From assembly GCA_963841735.1 (NCBI GenBank), contig CAWJDT010000001.1, positions 768,001 to 832,000 on the forward strand: a DNA stretch of 64,000 bases. Reading direction: 5' to 3'. This document shows positions 1-10,615 of this stretch, piece by piece. The stretch's first letter is position 1; each line of letters begins with the position of its first letter. This DNA is from an uncultured Actinomycetes bacterium. GTDB lineage: Bacteria; Actinomycetota; Thermoleophilia; RBG-16-64-13. The position numbers were made by a program, and so were the translations under genes. The notes beneath the pieces are model-generated. The model saw only the letters and a program-made list of their open reading frames with translations. It did not search any database and was not told the origin of the DNA.

Positions 1-658
1 CGCGATCGATGCGGCCGTACTGCTGCCCCACGAACTCACACATATCGGCTACCGCGACGGTGTGCTCCATCAGGCCTCCGAGATAGGCGTGGTGGTACAG
101 CTTGGCGGCCGGAGCGGTAGTGAAGAGTCGGAACAGCTCGGTGTCGCCGAAGATGGACTGGAGCATGGCTGAGTAGTCCCGGTCGTGCACAGAGTCGATG
201 TGGAACTGCAGAAAGCCCTTCAGCTCGTCGACGTCGCGGTAGGTGCAGGGCATGAAGTCGCGGGCCTCTGCCGATCCGGCTGGGGCGGCGGTCACTCTGG
301 TCGCCTCCAGTTGCGGTTTGCCCTGGTAGTCGGTCACTCGGGCACTCACCGCCACCAAGTCGCCCGTCTTCAAGGCGGCGTCCATGGCTTGGACCTCCCA
401 AACGGTGCAGTCCACCGTTCCGCTGCGATCGCTAACCTTCAGCTTGAGGAACGGTTTGCCCGCCTTGGTGTTGCGGGTCTCCTTGGCCGCCAGGAGGTAG
501 ACCCCTTCGATCGTGGTGCCGGCTCTGAGGTCGGCCACCGACACGCGCGCCTCCCGGTCTGACCGGGAGGCGCCGCCGCCCGGGGCGGGCCCACAGCTGC
601 GCCCAGCGGGCGTAGCGAAGTCGAAAGAGCCACCCATATCAAGCTGATTGTCGCTCAC
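1..658 (-). CDS. yhaM: 3'-5' exoribonuclease YhaM/Cbf1 family (OB-fold + HD), runs off the window start
   Basis: Manual translation from GTG at 658 (SD GAGGA upstream): ...GVYLLAAKETRNTKAGKPFLKLKVSDRSG...APAAKLYHHAYLGGLMEHT. Not in the ORF track because the stop lies outside the window. Confidence 0.85.
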   Translation of the reverse strand, partial: MSDNQLDMGGSFDFATPAGRSCGPAPGGGASRSDREARVSVADLRAGTTIEGVYLLAAKETRNTKAGKPFLKLKVSDRSGTVDCTVWEVQAMDAALKTGDLVAVSARVTDYQGKPQLEATRVTAAPAGSAEARDFMPCTYRDVDELKGFLQFHIDSVHDRDYSAMLQSIFGDTELFRLFTTAPAAKLYHHAYLGGLMEHTVAVADMCEFVGQQYGRIDR

Positions 659-739
659 GCGGTCCTCATTCTCTCTGTTCTCTTAAGGTCCAATTGTAGC
701 CAAGGCTCCGGACACCTGGGCGCCGTCGCGGGCGGTGGG

Positions 740-2365
740 TCAGAGGGGAAATAGAAGTGGCGCGCCCTTGGCTCGATGCTTGTACAAGAAGAGAGCCGGG
801 ATAATGGCCAAGGCGGCTATCACGGCCGCGATGAGGAACAACTCTTGAAAGACATGGTGGAGTGAATCCTCCGTTATGGCTTTGGTGAGCGCTATCTGGA
901 AGTCAGTCTCGGTCATAGCGGGCGTGCGAGGGACGGTGATGGTCGACAACTCGGCCAACGCATTGAAGCGTCGTACGCCCCAAGCGCTGAGAGCGGAGAG
1001 TCCTACCGCCATGCCGATCATCCGCGACACCGTGACCAAGGCGGAGCCCGTGGCCATCCACCTGGGACCAACTGCGGTGGTGACACTTGCGCCGATGGGC
1101 CCTATCACCATTCCGAATCCGAACCCACTGATGGCGAGATCGACCAGTCTGGTCCAGAAGGCGGGATCGAGCGACCAGCGCGAGATCAGGAAATAGCCCG
1201 CAGCAGCAATCAGGAAGCCCAGCACGCCGGTGATCCTCAGGCCGATGCGGTCGCCCGCCCACCCTCCTACCACCGCACCGATTGCCAGTGGGATCGTCAG
1301 TTGTATGAGGAGCAGCCCCGCCTGCCACTCGGTGAGATCGAAGAGAGTGTAGGCGTAGAGGGGGACCTCCACCATGCCGATGATGAGGGCGGCGCCCAGA
1401 AGGAAGTTAGCTGTATTGGCCGCCGCGAAGGCAGGTTTCTTGAAGAAGTCGAGCCTGATGAGAGGGTGCGGGTGCTTTCGTTCATAGAGGATGAACATCG
1501 TCAGTGCCACGGCGCATACGATCAACCAAGGCCAGTTGACCGGACTGCCCTGGTCGGCGGTGGTGGCATTCGCGGTCTGGGTTCCCGTACCCAGACCGAT
1601 GGTGATGCCGGCAAGAGCCGCAGCCATAAGACCGGCGCCCAGGTAGTCCACCCTCCCGCGTTGCCACCAGCGGAGCGCGGCGCTGTCGGCGGCTGGGGCC
1701 GGGGGCTCGGGAGAGGAGGGTGTCTCGTCGTCCGACGCCGAGATCCGGGCGAGGCTCTTGTCGTGCCTCAAGAGCCGCCAACACATGGCCATCAGAAGCA
1801 GGCTCAGGGGGATGTTCACCATGAAGATCAGACGCCAATACCAGAGCGCGTCGAGTCCCACCCCGTACAGGGGGCCCAGAACACCTCCGGCTTCAGCTAC
1901 CCCGCCCACGATGCCCAGCACCAAGGCCCTGCGGCTCATGGGGAACATATCGGCCGCGGCCGCCATGGCTATGGGGACCAAGGCCCCCCCGCCGGCTGCC
2001 TGGACCACGCGGGCAGCCACGAACAGCCCGAGCTGGTCGAATATCACGCAGAACCCGCTTCCCACCATGAACAGCACCAGGGCCACCATGGTCATGGAGC
2101 GACGTCCACTGACGTCGGCCAGTCGGCCGAACAGCGGCATGGCGACGGTGTAACCGAGCAGATAGGCGGTGATGATCCATCCAGCATCGCCGATGTGCTC
2201 GCTGTCGATACCGAGTGAGAACATGATCTTCTTCATGAGCGTGAGGACCATGGTTTGGTCGAGGGCGGCCACGAACACGGCCAAGCAAAGCGCAACCATG
2301 ACGAGGGCGGCGCTGCGGGGGATCCTTGAGGTTCCGGCCTCTTTTTCGGCCGCCGGCCCGGGCAC
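740..2365 (-). CDS. DHA2-family MFS transporter (Rv1410c/P55-like)
   Basis: FVAALDQTMV motif D1, GRLADVSGRR motif A, many hydrophobic segments. Confidence 0.85.
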   Translation of the reverse strand: MPGPAAEKEAGTSRIPRSAALVMVALCLAVFVAALDQTMVLTLMKKIMFSLGIDSEHIGDAGWIITAYLLGYTVAMPLFGRLADVSGRRSMTMVALVLFMVGSGFCVIFDQLGLFVAARVVQAAGGGALVPIAMAAAADMFPMSRRALVLGIVGGVAEAGGVLGPLYGVGLDALWYWRLIFMVNIPLSLLLMAMCWRLLRHDKSLARISASDDETPSSPEPPAPAADSAALRWWQRGRVDYLGAGLMAAALAGITIGLGTGTQTANATTADQGSPVNWPWLIVCAVALTMFILYERKHPHPLIRLDFFKKPAFAAANTANFLLGAALIIGMVEVPLYAYTLFDLTEWQAGLLLIQLTIPLAIGAVVGGWAGDRIGLRITGVLGFLIAAAGYFLISRWSLDPAFWTRLVDLAISGFGFGMVIGPIGASVTTAVGPRWMATGSALVTVSRMIGMAVGLSALSAWGVRRFNALAELSTITVPRTPAMTETDFQIALTKAITEDSLHHVFQELFLIAAVIAALAIIPALFLYKHRAKGAPLLFPL

Positions 2366-2367
2366 GG

Positions 2368-3078
2368 TTACAGCGGCGCCTTGATGTCGACGGCCTCGCC
2401 CATCTTGGAGAGGGCGATGCTGCGCCAGGTGCCGTCGACCTCTTTGCTCCCCATAGCCCCTATGAGGTCGACCTCGCGGAGAAGGCCGTCGTCGACGCCC
2501 ACCCAGATGTCGGTCTCGAATAGCTTGGTGGCCTCGACCGATCCGGCGATCGCCTGGACTTCAGCGCCCGCCACCATACCGTTGATGTGATAGCACTGCA
2601 CCCCGTCCTTCTTGTCCGTGCCTTGGTAAGACGTCTGGGTGATCTGGTCAAGGATACGGATGGAGAAAGCTGAGAGGTTCAGGGCGCCTATCGGGCTCTC
2701 CTCAGGCTTCATCGCCTTCCACTTGTTCACTACCGGGTACTTGATGTACTGAGTGTCGGTCATTGCTACGAAGTCGACGTTGACGAGCAGCCCGCCGGCG
2801 ACAAGTTGTACAGTGGCCTCCATGTTTCCTGCGGCGTTGATGTCGCCGTCGACCTTGACGATGCCCCCCCCGACGTTCGCCATGGCTGACTCGGGAGTGT
2901 GGACCTCGTACAAGAAGTGGAACCCGGCGAGGGTCTTCATCTTGGCCGAAGCGTCGGCCAGCACGGCGGTGGCGTCGACGTTCTGGGGCTGGCTCCCACA
3001 GGCTGTCGCGCCAAGCAAGGCGCCGGCGAGCACGGTGGCGACCAACATAGACATCAAGAAGCGCGCAATAGATTTCAT
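2368..3078 (-). CDS. LppX/LprAFG-family lipoprotein
   Basis: Likely start ATG 3078 (MKSIARF...), signal peptide ending GATACG, DGVQCYHING and DIWVGVDDGLLREV motifs, C-terminal VDIKAP. Confidence 0.75.
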   Translation of the reverse strand: MKSIARFLMSMLVATVLAGALLGATACGSQPQNVDATAVLADASAKMKTLAGFHFLYEVHTPESAMANVGGGIVKVDGDINAAGNMEATVQLVAGGLLVNVDFVAMTDTQYIKYPVVNKWKAMKPEESPIGALNLSAFSIRILDQITQTSYQGTDKKDGVQCYHINGMVAGAEVQAIAGSVEATKLFETDIWVGVDDGLLREVDLIGAMGSKEVDGTWRSIALSKMGEAVDIKAPL

Positions 3079-3198
3079 ACGCCCATTATGAATGGTGGCC
3101 GAAACCTGCACAAGCCACGCGCGGTGCGTCGGCGGCGGAGTCTGCCGCTTGATACAATGGAAACGCGGTGCTGACCTCCACCGACACAGAGGAAGTCG

Positions 3199-3672
3199 AT
3201 GACGCCTGAAAACCGACACGCGCATCCCAACTATGCCTCGGGCGAAGACTATGTTCTTGAGTTCCGCAGCTTCAAGTACGGGTTCAACAGCGTGGATTTT
3301 GCTCAACGGGCGGAGATGGCAGCGATCGAGTTGGGGCTCATCGAGGAGCGCGGATTGCGCCAAGACGAATGCGCCGACCTGGTGCAACTCGTGGCAGGCG
3401 GCAGCATCGAGTTCCCGGTGAGTTCTCTTGGTGAGTACCTTATCCAGAAGGGCAAAGAGGTGCTCAGTCTGAACGGGGAGAGTCTGGTCTATTGGCTTCG
3501 TGAGCTGGTGTTCCGCGGCGCCTGGCTGGACCTTCGCCTCCTCGAGGGTCAATTGGAGGTCACCTACGACGCGGAGGCTGGCGACTTCGCTTACTTCCCG
3601 GCGGGTCATCGCTCGCGCCGCATCGGTCCGCCACCGCATCCTTCCTGGCGCGAGGTGGCATACACCCGCTGA
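3199..3672 (+). CDS. conserved hypothetical protein
   Basis: 157-aa ORF with SD GAGGA, host-like codon usage, upstream TACAAT -10 box. Confidence 0.65.
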   Translation: MTPENRHAHPNYASGEDYVLEFRSFKYGFNSVDFAQRAEMAAIELGLIEERGLRQDECADLVQLVAGGSIEFPVSSLGEYLIQKGKEVLSLNGESLVYWLRELVFRGAWLDLRLLEGQLEVTYDAEAGDFAYFPAGHRSRRIGPPPHPSWREVAYTR

Positions 3673-3680
3673 AGGATTTC

Positions 3681-4028
3681 ATGCCGTCATGTTCGTCGCA
3701 GTCCCTGCGTTTGGTTTTCAAGCGGACTTTTGCTGCGTACTTTGTAGAACTTCTCTCCCCCGGTATCGCGGATCCCACCGAGGCGTTCGCGGCCTGTCGC
3801 GCGTATCTCGGCTCGCTTTGGGAGCAGCTGGGCCCCGGTGAGTTCATGGACCGGCTCGACGACGAGACCACTCACTTGACCGGTCAGGTGGAGCAGGACC
3901 TGCGGCAGCGGTTCCGAGGACAGGACCCTCAGCCCGACTACACCGACCTAGAGGACCGACTTAGGGAGTGTTTTGAGTACGGGCTTTCGCAAATTGACAC
4001 GGCACATACTCGGATGCAGGTAGAATAG
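3681..4028 (+). CDS. hypothetical protein
   Basis: 115-aa ORF, SD GAAGGA, operon position. Confidence 0.55.
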   Translation: MPSCSSQSLRLVFKRTFAAYFVELLSPGIADPTEAFAACRAYLGSLWEQLGPGEFMDRLDDETTHLTGQVEQDLRQRFRGQDPQPDYTDLEDRLRECFEYGLSQIDTAHTRMQVE

Positions 4029-4034
4029 CCGGTC

Positions 4035-4730
4035 ATGATGAGCTTCTTCCAAGACTGGCTCCGTCCTCTTCTTGAGGACCACGGCTTACTTATCGTCTTC
4101 CTGACGATGGTAGCGGAGAGTGCATGCATCCCCATTCCCAGCGAGATCGTGGTCCCCTACGGGGGCTTTCTGGCTGCCACCGGGCACACACAGTTGTGGG
4201 CGGTGATAGCGGTGGCGACTGCCGCGAACGTAGTTGGATCGGGCATCGCCTACGGGGCGGGGCGTTACGGGGGCCGGGCTCTCTTTCTCAAGTACGGGCG
4301 CTACGTGCTCGTCCGCCCGCACCACCTCGACAAGGCCGATCTTTGGTTCGAGAAGCGGGGTCAGATGACGGTCTTCTTCACGCGCATGATGCCTGGCGTG
4401 CGCACCTTCATCTCTCTGCCCGCGGGGATAGCCAAGATGCCTGTGGGCAAATTCTTCTTGTTCTCCCTTTTGGGCTCGATCCCCTGGAACGCTGCTCTGG
4501 CATACCTGGGCTACGCAGCGGGCAAGGCGGCCGGAGGGGAAGAAGCCGATTGGACCAAGCTGCAGGAGCAGTTTGGTCGCTACAATCACATCTTCTACAT
4601 CGTGCTCGGCGCGGTGGTGCTGGCTTTGATCGTTTGGGCGGTGTGGCGTTGGCGCGGCCGCCGCAAGCGGGCCGCCGAAACAACGGCAGAGACCGCGCCG
4701 TCGGCGGACCGGGAATCGTCGGGGCAGTAG
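4035..4730 (+). CDS. DedA family membrane protein
   Basis: ESACIPIPSEIV and FFTRMMPGVRTFISLPAG motifs. Confidence 0.9.
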   Translation: MMSFFQDWLRPLLEDHGLLIVFLTMVAESACIPIPSEIVVPYGGFLAATGHTQLWAVIAVATAANVVGSGIAYGAGRYGGRALFLKYGRYVLVRPHHLDKADLWFEKRGQMTVFFTRMMPGVRTFISLPAGIAKMPVGKFFLFSLLGSIPWNAALAYLGYAAGKAAGGEEADWTKLQEQFGRYNHIFYIVLGAVVLALIVWAVWRWRGRRKRAAETTAETAPSADRESSGQ

Positions 4731-4786
4731 GAAGAACTGTGGAGTAGAGTCGTAGCCCGTGGCCGGCGGAGATGCGCGACGGACTC

Positions 4787-5563
4787 TTAGGAAAGCACCT
4801 TGGAGAGGAAGAGCTTCGTGCGCTCTTCGCGTGGATCGACCAACACCTCGCTCGGCGGCCCTTGCTCGACGATGACCCCGCCGTCGATGAGAGCGACCGC
4901 GTCCGCCACTTCTTTGGCGAAGCCTATCTCGTGAGTGACCACGACCATGGTCATGCCCTCCCGAGCTAGCTCCTTCATGACGTCAAGCACTTCCCCGACC
5001 AATTCCGGGTCGAGTGCGGATGTCGGCTCATCGAAGAGCATGAGTTTCGGTTTCATCGCCAAGGCACGGGCGATAGCCAATCTTTGCTGTTGCCCGCCTG
5101 AAAGCTGGGCCGGATAGACATCGAGCTTGTCCTGCAGACCCACGCGGGTGAGCAGGACCTCGGCATCGACCTCAGCCTGTTTGCGCGGAACCCGGCGAAC
5201 CTGGCACGGCGCCTCCATCACGTTCTGGATAGCGGTCATATGGGGGAAGAGATTGAAGCGCTGGAAGACCATGCCGATGTTGGCGCGTTGCCGGGCGACA
5301 TCCCGGGGCTTCATCTCGTGCAAGGCGTCGCCCCGTTGCGTGTAGCCCATAAGCTCGCCGTCCACCCACAGGCGGCCTGCATCGATACGCTCAAGGTGGT
5401 TGATGCAGCGGAGTAGGGTCGACTTGCCGCCCCCTGAGGGACCCAGGAATACGATAGTCTGCTGCGGGTAGACCTCAAAGTCGATGCCCTTGAGAACCTG
5501 CAGTCTCCCGAAGGACTTCCACACGTGCTCGGCCTTCACCATGGGCGTAGGGTCAGAAGACAC
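4787..5563 (-). CDS. polar amino-acid ABC transporter ATP-binding protein
   Basis: [29 protein letters not shown]. Confidence 0.95.
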   Translation of the reverse strand: MSSDPTPMVKAEHVWKSFGRLQVLKGIDFEVYPQQTIVFLGPSGGGKSTLLRCINHLERIDAGRLWVDGELMGYTQRGDALHEMKPRDVARQRANIGMVFQRFNLFPHMTAIQNVMEAPCQVRRVPRKQAEVDAEVLLTRVGLQDKLDVYPAQLSGGQQQRLAIARALAMKPKLMLFDEPTSALDPELVGEVLDVMKELAREGMTMVVVTHEIGFAKEVADAVALIDGGVIVEQGPPSEVLVDPREERTKLFLSKVLS

Positions 5564-6617
5564 CTGGATCGACCCCCGATCTCCTCTCCAAGCGCTTCAA
5601 GGCGCGCTTCTCGGCCGCCGCCGTCTCCTCGCTCCCGAAACCCTTGCTGAAATATGCCTCAAGGTAGTGTTGGCCGACCGTAAGTACGGTCGTCAAGAAG
5701 AGGTACCAGATGCAGGCTACGAGCAGCAGCGGCATGATAAGGAAGTTCTGGGAGTAGATGATCTGGACATTGGTGAACAGCTCATGAGCCGAGATGGCCG
5801 CCACAAGCGAAGTCGTCTTCAGCATCGAGATGGTCTCGTTGCCCATGGGCGGGACGATGATGCGCATTGCCTGAGGCAAGACAATCCGGCGCATGATCAG
5901 GCTGGGCGACATGCCCAAGGACGCGGCCGACTCGGTCTGGCCCCTGTCAACCGAGATGATGCCGGCTCGGACCAACTCGGCGGAATAGGCGGCTTCATTC
6001 AATCCCAACCCGAGGATCGCGGCGACAAAGATCGGAATCGCCGTGTTGGAGTCGACCGACCAGAGTATGTAATGCGTGAATGGTATGCCAATGGAGAGTG
6101 TCTTATAAAGAAGTGCGAAGAATCCCCAGAAGAATATCTGGACGTAGACCGGGGTGCCTCGGAAGAACCAGATGTAGAAAGAGGAGACGCTCCGGAGAAC
6201 GTAGTTGCTTGAAAGGCGCATGACCGCGAGGATGACGCCACCGACGATGCCGATGATCATCGCGATTACGGTCAGTTCGAGAGTCACCAGTACACCGCGG
6301 AGCACCAGATCCGAGAACAGGTAGTCGCCGACGACCGACCACTTCAGATTGCGGTTCAACGCCAGGGAGATAAGGATAAGCACGAAGGCGATCAAGATGA
6401 CGACCGAGGCGATCCAGCGGCCCCAGTGGCGTATGGGGATGGCTTTGATGGCTTCAGGTCGCTCCGCGCGGATGCCGCCGCCGCGGTTGTGCACAGTCGC
6501 GGGTGGCAAGGAGCCGGCAGGTAGAGGCTGTTCGGGCGCCGAGCGCGGCCCTATGGCCACGCGGTCGGCGCCCGACGAGATAGATCTGCTCTCGCGTGTT
6601 TTCCTACGCAATTGCAC
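5553..6617 (-). CDS. polar amino-acid ABC transporter permease (true start may be internal)
   Basis: [31 protein letters not shown] motif. Confidence 0.9.
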   Translation of the reverse strand: MQLRRKTRESRSISSGADRVAIGPRSAPEQPLPAGSLPPATVHNRGGGIRAERPEAIKAIPIRHWGRWIASVVILIAFVLILISLALNRNLKWSVVGDYLFSDLVLRGVLVTLELTVIAMIIGIVGGVILAVMRLSSNYVLRSVSSFYIWFFRGTPVYVQIFFWGFFALLYKTLSIGIPFTHYILWSVDSNTAIPIFVAAILGLGLNEAAYSAELVRAGIISVDRGQTESAASLGMSPSLIMRRIVLPQAMRIIVPPMGNETISMLKTTSLVAAISAHELFTNVQIIYSQNFLIMPLLLVACIWYLFLTTVLTVGQHYLEAYFSKGFGSEETAAAEKRALKRLERRSGVDPGVF

Positions 6618-6639
6618 CGGGATGAGATCCGCTTCGCGT

Positions 6640-7593
6640 CTACTCGCCCGAGTCGGTGCCCTGGTTTATCTCAGCCGAGGCCACAGGCAGGAGACCGTAG
6701 TGTTCAATGATCGTGGCGTATGTGCCGTTGTCGATCAAGACCTGTAGGGCCTGCTGAAGCGCGTCACGCAGTTGGGTGTTGTCTTTGAGCACCGGGATGC
6801 CGACGATTTGAGGCAGATAGCCGTTTGGATTATCTGGATCGGTGATGACCTCGAACACGGACCCGGCTTCGGTCTCGGCAGCTATATACGCCGCGGTTGA
6901 GTGGTCGGTGAGGTCGCAGGACGTTCTGCCGCTCTGCAGAGCTGTCAGTGCAGTCGGTTGATCGTCGTATTGGTTGATGGTCATCTGTTCTTTGCCGTCG
7001 CTCTTGAACTGTTCGTTCAAGTTCTCGAGCACGACAGCCTGGGTCGTCCCTCTCTCGCACCCTACTGTCTTACCGGCAAGGCTGTCGAGTCCGACCAGCC
7101 CCTCAGGGTTGCCCTTGAGGACCAGTAGAGACGTGCCGTCCCAAGCGTAGTCGACGAAGTCGGCGTCGTTTCTACGCTTCAGGTTGTCGTACAAGTCCGA
7201 CATGGCGATGTCGTTCTTGCCGGCCTGCATTGACGGGATGCAGCTGTCGAATGCAGTCAGGACGAACTCGAACTTCACCCCCAGCACTGCTGCCAGCGCC
7301 TGTCCGAGGTCATAGTCGAAGCCGGTGAGCTGATCGGTGTCGCCTACGTACATCTCCCACGGCGGGTAGGGTATGTCGGAGCCGACCTTCACTCCATCGG
7401 TCTTGTACTTCTCGGGCAGATTGGCGCTGATGGTCGCGTCGGCCGGGATGCCGGCCACTATCGTGTTGATGTCGTATCCGGTCGCCGCGGCTGTTGTCGT
7501 CGTGGCCTCGTCGCCCCCACCGCACGCAGCGGCGAAAGACATGAGAGCCAATGTTGTGACCAGCAGCGTCACCAGTAGAAGCCACTTCTTCAC
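6640..7593 (-). CDS. amino-acid ABC substrate-binding lipoprotein (SBP family 3)
   Basis: Lipobox AAAC, Thr-rich linker, YPPWE, GFDYDL. Confidence 0.9.
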   Translation of the reverse strand: MKKWLLLVTLLVTTLALMSFAAACGGGDEATTTTAAATGYDINTIVAGIPADATISANLPEKYKTDGVKVGSDIPYPPWEMYVGDTDQLTGFDYDLGQALAAVLGVKFEFVLTAFDSCIPSMQAGKNDIAMSDLYDNLKRRNDADFVDYAWDGTSLLVLKGNPEGLVGLDSLAGKTVGCERGTTQAVVLENLNEQFKSDGKEQMTINQYDDQPTALTALQSGRTSCDLTDHSTAAYIAAETEAGSVFEVITDPDNPNGYLPQIVGIPVLKDNTQLRDALQQALQVLIDNGTYATIIEHYGLLPVASAEINQGTDSGE

Positions 7594-7730
7594 GTATATT
7601 CCCTCCTAGTTCTGGATGCCGTGCCGGATGAGGGCAGATACCCGAAGGTCAGCCCACTCGCATCCGCCCACGATGGCACATAAGTTATCGCTATTGATAT
7701 CACAGACTCTCCCCGACCACGCGGATTCGT

Positions 7731-7752
7731 TTCTCACGAGCGCTCGTGAGAA
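7731..7752. promoter_or_regulatory. perfect 22-bp palindrome upstream of the ABC operon (possible operator or hairpin)
   Basis: TTCTCACGAG-CG-CTCGTGAGAA. Confidence 0.35.
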
Positions 7753-7824
7753 GCTGGGTGATCGGGGAGAAAATTGCCGGGAAACAACTCCGCCGGCTGT
7801 AGGTTTCAAGCAGCGAACCACGGG

Positions 7825-8731
7825 CTAGCCGGCGTCTATGCCCCACTTGGCACAGATCTTGTCGTACACACCCTCGGCGCGTAACTCCGCGAGGGCAGCG
7901 TTCAGGGCAGTCAGAAGGGCGGTGTCTGCTTTTCTGGTTCCATAACCATAGCCAGAATTGGTGGCGAGTATTCCCGTGTTGGCAAGTGTGGCCTTGAGGT
8001 TAGCGTCGTTAGCAAGGATGTAGTTGCTCACGATCGTCCTCGGTCACAACAGCCTGGATCTTGCCGGCGGCGAGATCGCGAAAGGCTTCGACGATGGTCT
8101 GATAGGGCCTGACTTCACGCACGTCCTCTATGGCCTCGGTTTGCGATTGGCCGATCGTGTCTACCTGCACGCCAACGATCTTGCGGGCCAGACCCGCGGA
8201 ATCGGTGATGGGCGCGCTGATGGGCGCGCTGATGGACAACACGGCGGGGAGGTAAGGTTGCGTGAAACCCACCTCTTCCTGGAGCTCAGGGGTGATGATC
8301 ATGGCCGACATGACCATGTCGAACTCGTTGTTCGCAAGGCCGGGCAGAATATCGTCCAGGGAGGTCTTGTGGATGATCTCCAGGGTCAGACCCAGCTTCT
8401 TCGCCACCGCAGTGCAGAGATCGATGTCGAAACCGACGTAGCTGTCTTTGCCGTTCGAGAACGCCATCGGTGGGAAGGAAGCGTCGGATCCGGCCTGCAG
8501 CGCGCCGGCCTTGAGGGTTGCGGGCGCCTGGATATCGGCGGACTTGGTGGTGGCAGCAATCGCAGCATCTGCGGCGGTGGCAGCCTCACTGCCGGCCACT
8601 GTAGTTGTGGTGGCCGCTTCAGTCGTAGTCGTCTGGCCGGTGGTCGCACAAGCTGTCAATGCAAGCACTGAGATCGACGCCACCATGATGAGAATGGTCA
8701 ACAGGATGCGATTCTTCTTCAACTTCTCCAC
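7825..8731 (-). pseudogene. second amino-acid SBP lipoprotein, frameshifted near 8040
   Basis: N-part (8009-8731: LTAC lipobox, FPPMAF, GFDIDL) and C-part (7825-8031: YGYGTRKAD..LL..LN.AL..LRAEGVYDKICAKW) lie in different frames. Confidence 0.75.
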
Positions 8732-8878
8732 TTCCTGGATTCGGGCTCGGGCGCTGGTTCATACATCAGTGTGCGCGGAGACCACGTGCCCGACTATTGC
8801 GTGATAAAGACCTTCGTAGGATAAATAACACGTTTTGGCCCATCATGTCCAACCCGACGCTATACTTCTCGGTCGACT

Positions 8879-9943
8879 ATGGGACCATCTCGATCCACAT
8901 CACGAAAGCCGGTTACCGCCCCCGCTGCTGAGACTCTCTTCTGGGAGCCGGCTGGGGACGGCAAGATTCGCTGTACTTTGTGCCCGCATTTGTGCCTTGT
9001 GGGGGAGAACGCGGAGGGGCTCTGCAAAGCTCGGGGAGTGCGAGGCGGCCGCATGGCCAGTCTCACCTATGCCCGCCCGGCCACCATAGTCAGCGACGAG
9101 ATCGAGAAGAAACCTCTGTTTCACTTCCACCCGGGCACGAGGGCCCTGTCGTTGGGCGGCCTGGGCTGCAACGTGCTCTGCGCGGGCTGCCAGAATTGGC
9201 AGATCTCGCACGCGAGCGCCCGCACGGAGACCACCAGGCTGCCGGTTTTGACCCCTGCGGATGCCGTGGCTATGGCTCGCAGGCACAAGCTGGCCGGTGT
9301 CGCCTTTACCTACAACGACCCGGTGGTATGGATCGAATACGTGCACGATGTCTCGGCCGCGTTCAAAGAAGCGGGTCTCTACACGGCCTTCATCACCGCG
9401 GCCTATTTGACCGAGGCCGCTCTCGACTACGTGGCCCCGGTGACCGATGCGTTCAAGTTTGATTTGAAAGCCGCTTCGGCTGAGGCTTGGGCTCGACTGA
9501 CCAAGGTGAAGGACCCCGAGCCGGCCCTTCAGATGGCGGCGCGGGCCAAGATGGTGCACGGGTGTCACATCGAGGTAGTGAGCAACGTGGTGCCGGAACT
9601 CAACGACACCGACGACGAGTTGAGCGCGATGGCCGGCTGGGTGCGCGACAACCTGGGCCCAGGGACTCCCTGGCATGTGACTCGCTTCCTGCCGGACTTC
9701 GAACTCTCCTATCTGCCCTCCACTCCCGTGGCCACTTTAGAGAGGGGTGTGCGGCTGGGCAAAGCGGCTGGGCTACGGTACGTCTATGTGGGCAACGTCC
9801 CGGGCCATGCCTTCCGTAACACCGTCTGTCCGTCCTGCGCCCGGACCGTGATCACAAGGGAGGGGGTCAAGGTCGATCTATGGGGGCTCAGAGACAGTCT
9901 GTGCTCCGCTTGCGGAGAGGACCTCGGGTTGGTGGGGGCGTGA
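8879..9943 (+). CDS. amrS: AmmeMemoRadiSam system radical SAM enzyme
   Basis: CTLCPHLC N-terminal, EKKPLFHFHPG, GCNVLCAGCQNWQIS CxxxCxxC, YVYVGNVPG. Confidence 0.9.
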   Translation: MGPSRSTSRKPVTAPAAETLFWEPAGDGKIRCTLCPHLCLVGENAEGLCKARGVRGGRMASLTYARPATIVSDEIEKKPLFHFHPGTRALSLGGLGCNVLCAGCQNWQISHASARTETTRLPVLTPADAVAMARRHKLAGVAFTYNDPVVWIEYVHDVSAAFKEAGLYTAFITAAYLTEAALDYVAPVTDAFKFDLKAASAEAWARLTKVKDPEPALQMAARAKMVHGCHIEVVSNVVPELNDTDDELSAMAGWVRDNLGPGTPWHVTRFLPDFELSYLPSTPVATLERGVRLGKAAGLRYVYVGNVPGHAFRNTVCPSCARTVITREGVKVDLWGLRDSLCSACGEDLGLVGA

Positions 9944-9979
9944 TGATGCTGTGCGCCGGTCGCCGCTGTTTAGACCGTT

Positions 9980-10528
9980 TTGGCCTCGGGTAGCTCTAGA
10001 AATGACCAGGAACGGAGTATTCTAGCCGTGTCTATGGACGAGGCAGCCGGACAAATGTGGGCGGACATGGGGAGCGGGCGGCAGCTCATCTCCCTGGTCA
10101 TACCGTGCAAAGCCGAGTTCATAGGGCTTTGTCGTCTGGTGGCGGGAGTGCTTGGCGGACGCGAGTCGTTGAGCGAGGAAGAGATCGCTGACCTCAAAGT
10201 GGTGGTTACCGAGGCCTGCACCTGCTTTATCTGGGGCCCGGACGGCCCCCCATTGACCGATGAAGAGGCCGCGCCGGCAGACCCGCCTTCTAGGCTGCGC
10301 ATAGACCTCGACGTTCTCCCTGGATCCTGGGAGGTCACCATCTCCGATCCCGAAGGCAGCTACCATCTTCGTCCCGCGGCTCGCTGCGATCAAGAGGGCG
10401 GAGGGGGGCTGGGGATGACCATCATGAAGGCGCTGGTGGATTCCATAGAGCGCACCGACAATGAAGGCGAGGGCAGTGTCATCCGGTTGGAAAAGCGCCT
10501 GTCGGTCGCCCGCGGCGGCGTTGATTGA
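9980..10528 (+). CDS. RsbW-like anti-sigma factor / HATPase_c protein
   Basis: IADLKVVVTEACT, GGLGMTIMKALVD; true start probably ~10028-10034. Confidence 0.8.
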   Translation: MASGSSRNDQERSILAVSMDEAAGQMWADMGSGRQLISLVIPCKAEFIGLCRLVAGVLGGRESLSEEEIADLKVVVTEACTCFIWGPDGPPLTDEEAAPADPPSRLRIDLDVLPGSWEVTISDPEGSYHLRPAARCDQEGGGGLGMTIMKALVDSIERTDNEGEGSVIRLEKRLSVARGGVD

Positions 10529-10615
10529 CGGCCGAGTTCGCCCTGCTCGGGTGGTGGTGACTCCCCCCATGCGGCAGACCGGAGGGCCAGGGGCTCCGTG
10601 CTACACTGAGGTGCC

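Noticed and set aside
3079-3639. Long N-terminal extension of the LppX ORF
   Set aside because: Antisense shadow of the 3199-3672 gene; the signal peptide starts at 3078
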